64,000 nt of DNA from Callorhinchus milii (taxonomy: Eukaryota). The first letter of the stretch is position 1, and every line of letters begins with the position of its first letter. The notes beneath the pieces were generated by a model. That model ran no database searches and was not told the origin of the DNA. It was given only the letters and a program-made list of their open reading frames with translations. Both the position numbers and the translations under genes were made by a program. The stretch lies in the NCBI RefSeq assembly GCF_018977255.1, contig NW_024704749.1, forward strand, positions 18,848,001 through 18,912,000, in the 5' to 3' direction. This document shows positions 56,261 through 64,000 of this stretch, in pieces.

Positions 56261-59200
56261 CCCTGATGCTGGAACAGGAATCCTACGAATGCTTGATAAT
56301 TATTAATAAAATAGTAAAAATAATCCTTACATTCGATGCAGTGTTTTTCACATCGGGAAAACATCTCAAAATAAAACCGTTCGTTCGCTCCATGGCTGTT
56401 TTTGTAGGACTATGCCGTGTGCAACTGGCTGCCCACAAAATACACAGTCAAACCAATTTACAGTATATCCTGTGAACTGCTTTACGATGTTGCAATGATA
56501 CGATGCAATGATGATTATTATTATCACTGTGGATAAAATCAGTGGGTGAGTACTCGTGCCAGCTCTCTGTACACTAAGCTCCAACGGGCCTTCTGGCCTC
56601 TGAGAGTGGCGGGGAGGCAAGATGATCTCCCTGTTGTGAAACAGCTTAAACTGAGAATCTGCCGTGTGTCGCCCTCCATCTACATTTCCGAAGAAGTGAT
56701 GGCAACGAAAGCTGCATTCGGAGACGTTTACATCGAATTTGAGACGACCGAGAATGTGACCAAAGACCCCAATCCTGAAACTCTGTGTCACACGTTAAAG
56801 CACCGAGTTGAGTGCGCAAACTCATGTCAGTGGCACACATCAACCCGACTGGTTCAAAGTCCATTCCCTATCTGTTCGTGGAAACGGTATCAAAATATCT
56901 GTCATTATAGGCACCGATTCCAATTAATATTCAGTAATTACTGGGACATGTCAGGGTGACCGTTCACACTCCCATTTATTGCTATGATTATTTTGAGGCA
57001 ATGAGTAAAGTCCTCCCTCACACAGCCTTTTCTTTTCTGCGATGATTTCCTCACTGATTAATCAGTCTCAGCCTTATCTGAATTCCAAGCCTCTATCTCT
57101 ACACCCTGAACTGTTTAACTGTTGTAACTAACTGAGAGGGGGGGGAGTTACATTTTAGAGGCATTTAAATCACTTTAACATTTAATCAGAGGTCTCTAGT
57201 TCCCTTACACAGGCTCAAAACAGAACAGCTGACAATAAGGTGAATTTGCACTCCGATCACCAGCCACAAAAAACACTCAAATGGTGGGCAAGGCTTATTC
57301 CGACCCTCGATGTTTCGATAGACCCACGGCATCTGCTCTCTGCAGACCTCCACCCCCCACTGCACTCCGACAAAATCCACACCCCCTCCCACAGACCCCA
57401 TCCAAACTACCACTCCCCACCCGCCACCCACCCACCTCTAGCAATCCAACAGACCTCCAGACCTATGCATCAACAGATCGCACCCCCAGATAGGCTCTCT
57501 CACCTAAAGCCCTCTGACAGATCCCTCAATCCACAACAGCTGTGTGCAATTGGCTACCGCATTTCCCCCGCAAAATATTCACTTTACAAATTTCAGCTCA
57601 CGATCTAGGCTGACACTCCAGTGCAATCTTGCTCATCAGACTTTAATCTGAGGTCCTGTCTGCCTGCGCTTCAGGTGGATGGTAAAGGTATGGTGACATA
57701 ATCAAATAAGAAGAAAGGTTCTTTCTCCCAGTGTCGTGGGCAACAATCCTCTGATTGTTTATTGGACCTTGTGTTGTGCAAACCCAGATGCCAGAGTTCC
57801 TCCAATGAAAATGTTTTAATACTCATAGTACATTACCATTCTATACTTTCATTCTTTCCCCTCAAACACACACTGAACTTAATTCACGACATCTCTGCCC
57901 ATTCCCCTATCCGCTCTAGATTCTTCCAGGTTTCTTCATCCTTTCTTTAGAGTCACACAAGTCATTTCATTAGATAAAAGGTAGAACCCAGCCCACACCC
58001 TGAGATATGCCAACGTTGCTTCTCAAATGCATATTTAACAAGTATTATTTAATAGGATCCCCAATATAAGCCGACACACTTACAACTTCCTAATCACCGA
58101 GAAGCCATCAACATCGCGCTCTGATAAATTAGCCGTTCATCACATTCAGTGGAGTGCTTCTACCACATAAGCCATGCACCTCTCTTGCTCTCTCTCACAC
58201 ACACACACACACACATACAATTTAGTCTTTCTCCAAAGATTAGCTTAGTTTCCCCAATTCTCCTCCCAGATTCTAAACCCACAACTCTGCAAAATTTCAC
58301 TGCTGCCCTGCAATTGCAATATTTCTTTGAAACCATACTCACTGTTGTGGCAGCATTCATAGTTCCGCGCTGCTGAATGCCCAGTTAACAACTGAATGGC
58401 TTCAGGAGTTCAGAATCCACTTAAATATCATGTCAAATCTGCTGACGCAGTTATATACGGTTAATGTTTACTAAAGGCACGTAAACAGGACCAGTCCATG
58501 CTGATAACTCTCCTGTTTCAACACCTCACTGCACATCGTGATAACACCAGCAGAAATGTTATATTACCACTCCAGTGGCTTAGGTTCAGTGCGGCTTTGA
58601 AACATGCACACCGGGATGTCCTATGAGTTGATGCCCAGTCTGTGCTTACTTAGTTAAAATAATCTTTGTATTATCATTTTGTTGAGATGTCTCAAAGCGC
58701 TTCACAGGATATATTATAAAGTTAATTGACTGTATAGTGCTTTGGGACGTCCTCCTGACGTGAAAGGCGCTCTACAAATGTAATTTTGTTGTTGTTGTAT
58801 ATTTTGTGGGCGAAACAAGGCAGCTAATTGTGCACAGCAGCGTCCCACAAATAGTTGTGGATTGAGTGACCAAATTACTATTATAAGAAAAACAACTGGC
58901 ATTTATAACCCACAAAATCGTGGCTACCACAGTACACTCTTACATCCCTCATTTCTTTTTTAAAAAATCTAGCAAGCCAGCCAGTTGGTCATTTGAGCAC
59001 TTTGCTACTTTGAGCACTGCAGTGAATCCTACAAAAGGCCACAAAGTGAATATGTATCCTCTAATCAGTGTTGAGCTGTTTCTTAAACGAGTCAGACATC
59101 ATGGCTTCCACCACTTTTCTTGTTAAACCCAATCCAGTCATTACGTACTCTCTAGGTAAGAGAAACGCGACGTGGTGTCTGTCCTGAAACTGCTTTTGCA

Positions 59201-62200
59201 AACTTGATTCTGAAGCCGCTGCCTGAAGGTATTGTTCTGGGTTTACTTTCTTCGGTCCATTTAGCTCTCCTTTCAAAGAGCTTTAGCCCTTAGTTGTCAA
59301 ATAGATCTTTTATCGTAATTTATATAGGGGCAATAGAAAGTTTCCAGCACTGCGTGTTCTCACCTTTTGGATCTGGTTCAAATCCAACCCAGTTAAAAGG
59401 TATACTGTACAGTTCTCCTTTCTGATGGTGAAGGATTGGCAGAGTTCAAAGTCGAAGTTTAATGCTGACAATCGAAGGTTAGGTCAGACCGCGGCCTGTG
59501 GACTTCATGAAGCATGCGTGCCAAAAGGTTCTTGCTCCAATATTGTCGATCGGCTGTACTATAGGGTCCAGGCTCCACCCTGCCTGTCCCCCTCCCATAA
59601 GACCATTTCAAGCCACCCTGCCCAATGCCGTTTGACAGATGATCAGAGGAAAAGGGGAGACCATCTTCGAGCTAAAAGCATCAAAACAAGGTACCAGTGC
59701 AGTCAAAACAAACTCAATTTTCTATTTAAATTTGGTATGACAGGATCCAAAAGTAGACCAGTCAGCAAGGACAAAGGATTCATTTCTCTTATTATTTTGT
59801 TTTTTGCACAGAAGGAGTTCAGTCAGCTCACAGCCCGAAACTGATGATTTGAAGAAATAATGGCAGTTTGGGGAACGGGAAACCCATAGTATCAGTTTAG
59901 AGGATGAGTTTCTTTCTCTTCTGCCCTCGTTCGACCATATGGGTGACCAGCTGAGCCGAGTCCTGTAGCGTAGTGGTTAGCGAGCTCGCCACGCTAGTGA
60001 GTCCTCTCACTGGCTCACAAAAAAAGTCACAAAATATACAGTCAATCAACTTTACAGTATATTCTGTCAAGCGCTTTGAGGCGTGTCAACAACGTGATAA
60101 GGCTCTATATCAAATGCAAGGATTATTATGATTATTAGTATTTTTATTCGCTGTCCACAGAAGCTCACGTTTCTAGCAGGTCACGGAAAAGTAATGAGAA
60201 GTGGGAAACCATGGCTGACGGTGCCACTCGCCTTCTCCAGACCTGGCAAGTTTCTTGACTCTTCCCTCTCCCATGCAGGATCTGCCATCAACACTCCTTT
60301 CTTCTCGGCCCGATGGTTAGGCCAAAATTAGTGACACCATAATTATCTTTAATTAAAGTCTCTCTCTCGAGCCCAGAAATATCTCATTCTAAGGAAGACC
60401 ATAGCAACCAGGGGAGACCGGAGAATTCATGGCATGCAGCCAGTATTAGTCTGAAGTGTAGATATTGCCTGATAGTGACTATCAGAGCAGACCTCATAAT
60501 TTCAAGAGTTTATTAGATTAGAGAACGGTCAAACTCAGCAGAAGCCTCTTCAATGTAACTAAAATTGTTTGGAAAGAATTCTGAACCACTTTGCCACCAC
60601 TGCGCTGAAGAGAAATTATAAAGGGCATTTTTAACATCATTTAAAATGATTATAAAAGTATAGTTTAAGATCCACTGCTCTTTTAAAAAAACTTTGCTGT
60701 GTAGGGCGGAATCAGATGGTGGGCACGTGTACAAACCACCATCACGTCAGCAGGAGACAACATCAGCCAGGCCTCTGAATCAGGATCCTCCAAAAGAAAG
60801 AATCACCCTCTACTGCTCTTATACGCCTCCCGACACACAATTACCTTATAAAACCTTACATATCAGTTCAATCTCCGGTTAAACATCCACCCCACAACCG
60901 GAAGGAGTGAGAGTCATTATAAAAGTGTTAAATCTATATTTCAGACAAAAATTGACCATACTCTGATGAATTTTCAAGCCCAAAACATCTGCANTTTTTT
61001 AAAACGAAAATTGTCTTAATAGACTGTCAAGTTAATTGTGTCTCGGTTTTCTGTGGCTTACTTACTGCGCGTGGTTTTGCTTCAAGACTCAAAGAAATGC
61101 TATCGTTTAAACTGTATTAAAATCTTAATTTGGTTAAAGAGATTCTGGTGGGGAAGGGAAAGAGGGGGAGGCGGCGAAAGGGGAGATAAACTATGGAAAA
61201 AAAGGGTAATTAAAGTCAGCACCAACTCATTAGCGGGACACAAAGAGCTTCTTGCTTTCCATAAACAGAGCTATGAAAGGGTCAACCCGGAGGAAATCTT
61301 TAGTTTGCCGTACCACCTAAATCTATGCCAGATCGGAGTTCTTAAATTCTCAGAGAAAATCATTTTTATTTTAAATTTGCAGCCAAAGCAAAGACTAATT
61401 TGGTCCTGCCGCATTAAACGCCTTGACCAGTAAACGGTTCGGGCCTTAAAATGAAACACGGAATTGTTTTATAATCTGTTTGCTGTTTAAGCTGAAGATG
61501 CATGAGCAATGCCAAGTACAGTGCTGAAGGTACGTGATAGCATGTCACTGCAGTACTGTGGGGCCAGATAGTCTCATTCTATCATGGCTCCAGTTAGTTA
61601 ACTCAATTTCCATGTGCTCCAAGCATTAGAAAAAAAATTAACAGAGCTTCTCAGTAGGATTTTTCTAATACAAACTAATGCAACTGTAGGAAATGACTTG
61701 AAAATGCAATGAGGCACTACAACATTCAATAATATGGAGATGCTGTAAAAAGATCTTTCGCTTTGCTTCAAATCCTCATTTTTAATCTCCTCCTCACCCA
61801 ATCTGCCAAGTCAAGATACTGAGCTTTCCACGTGTAATAAAAGGCCTCAGATACCTTGCCCAATATATGACCCTGGACCATGAACTTTGCTCAACCATTT
61901 TACGCAGTTATCCTCACTCAAAGTGTCATACGTCTATGTATGAAAATCGGAAAATAAGTCCCACACAGCTTGGTATAGGAACCAAAGTACTCAGATCCCC
62001 AAGGTCGCAAGTTCTATTCCCAGGCTGTGCTAGGACTGCAGTAAAGGAAGCAATAGTCAGTACCATCATTCCTGTCCTTGGGTGAAGAGGACGGAATCAG
62101 TCTATTCCCTATTGCTGACCAGCGATTCACGCTGGAAGAAGACAGGATCAGGCTTAGATGAGATGCTCTTCTTTGCTGACATTCATTGTCTGAACCCACG

Positions 62201-63778
62201 CGTGAAAAATAGCAACTTGCCTAAGCTACCGAGGTGGGGGGGGCAACTACCTGCATCAGTGGAACTGGACCCCAAGGTCTTCAAGGAGGAAAAGTATAAA
62301 GCAAAATAAAACCATACAGACCGACAAGAGACAAACCTGGCCACGTCAGGAAGGTGAAGCCCGAAGGGTCTTCAGATACACGTGTAGAATCTCACTGTGA
62401 TTTCATACTCACTGTGAATCTCACTCCTGATTCAGACTGAGCGAAAGACAGTCAGTGAAGTCAGATAAAACTTCTGAACAAAAGGCCTGACTGTTCAGTG
62501 CTTGCCTGAGTGATGGGCAGATTTATTTCACCAATCAAACGGGCCCATTACACGACTGGGTGAGGTTGTGGCCGATTCTATTTGCACAGTTAGGTCAGCA
62601 TGCAACATTCAATTAAAGTCCACCAGACAAAATCAAACAAGGAATCAGCCATAACTAGGAAGTAAAGAAACTCTTAGTTCTATTCGCACTTGCATTTACT
62701 TGTGCGTGAAAAAGTCTCAAAGCACTTCAAAATAATTACAGTTAAATGTAGTGATCGTGGTCCCATGAGCAGAGGGGAATGGCCAATACAATAGAAAATC
62801 TTTTCTCTTTCCAAACTGTGTTACGAGTTCCCTAAAGTCGATCTGAACAGGCACCAGGGCCTTGCTTACTCTGCCCACGCCCTTTGGAACTCATCCCACA
62901 GTCTCTTGCCTCCTTCAAAACCCTCCTCTTTGACCTCACCTTTGGTCACCCTCCTAACCCCACCCTCCCTGCCCTCCACCCCTCCTGATCTCAAGCCTCA
63001 GCTTGGGTCAAAGCACCTTGGGACGTCTTCCTGACATGAATGGCGCTATACAAAAGGTAATTTATTGTTAATATTCATCCGAAGGACGGCACCTTCAACA
63101 ATGCATCGCTCCTCCAGCCCTTCACTGGAGGGTACATAGACTGAGCTCACAGTCCCTGACAAGGGAAACTGCAACCTTCTGACTCAGAGGTGAGGATGCT
63201 ACTAACAGAGCTGGGTTGTCTTGCGAAAATAACTCAATACTTTAAGAAAACACCTCGTCCATTTCTAAGAAAAGGTTTAAGAGCTCTCTGGCAAGTCTTG
63301 GTATAAATGGGCACTTAACATTGAATCACCTCAGATCAGTTGACATTTTATCCATTTGTACTAGATTCAAACTAAAGCGCTGTAGGTGAAAGAACAGTGT
63401 GCAAACGCATTGCAATTCCAAATCCCAGTATCGTCTAAGGAAGAAATTACAATCTGTTATAAATCTATGAGGAGGAGGAACAGGAGGCTGGAGCCAGCCG
63501 AGCAGAGGGTGGTGGAGTCTGGAAGAAGCAGGTTGGAGAGGTAGAAAGGATCTTGAAGTTGATCCATTCTGTGACAGGGAGCCAGCATTGCATAAACTTA
63601 ATCCCATACCGAGACCATACTTCAGGTATTCTCCTTATGACTTCCCCGCTCACATGAATAGTTCTATAGGTGTTCCTTTATGTTTGATCCTGACAAGTGT
63701 TATCACAGGGGAACTATTGCCACCTGATGTTAGTTCACACTATGTAATTTTACAATTAAATCATGGGGGGGGAGGCAA

Positions 63779-64000
63779 TTGTCAGCCTGGCTCAATTGCT
63801 TTACACCTCCTCTCTGAGTCAGAAGGTTGTGAATTCAAGCCACACTTTGGGACTTTGACGCTCTAAAGCAATGCTGAGGGAGCGCTGCATTGTTGGAGGT
63901 GCAGTCCTTCGGAAGAGACATTAAACCGAGGTTGCATCAGCCTGTTCACGTTGATGCTAAAGTGTCCACGGCGAGATTCGAAAACAGAAGGGAGTTTCTC
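63779..64000 (+). mobile_element. Deu-domain SINE 5' half (runs off the window)
   Basis: gtcagcctggctcaattg..tctgagtcagaaggttgtgaattcaagcc head followed by attaaaccgagg..cctgttcacgttga core. Confidence 0.8.

Noticed and set aside
56546-56959. 137-aa ORF in SLC31A1 intron 1
   Set aside because: Non-ATG start, no recognisable motif and no supporting splice structure.
60994-60994. Single ambiguous base N beside a T run
   Set aside because: Assembly ambiguity, not a biological feature.

Overview
Vertebrate genomic DNA. The repeat content (Deu-domain tRNA-SINEs, L2/CR1 LINEs, shark-type palindromic repeats) suggests a cartilaginous fish, possibly a holocephalan; this is inference. I reconstructed gene models by hand with GT-AG boundaries and consistent phases: WDR31 (+), three single-coding-exon RING/transmembrane E3 ligases (RNF223-like on -, RNF225-like on +, RNF183 on +), PRPF4 (-), CDC26 (+, head-to-head with PRPF4 on a CpG-island promoter) and SLC31A1/CTR1 (-, first non-coding exon not found in the window). 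This order and orientation match human 9q32 as I recall it, except that human has only RNF183 between WDR31 and PRPF4. The main points of interest are: (1) the three-gene RING-TM cluster; (2) a ~110-bp non-coding block plus SINE shared in the same relative orientation upstream of two of these divergent ligases; (3) a 1-bp frameshift in the last PRPF4 exon, probably an assembly error; (4) a possible two-start myristoylation switch in WDR31; (5) a collapsed ~1-kb Gypsy element with TSD, PPT and LTR intact. Family assignments come from recalled sequence motifs, not database searches.
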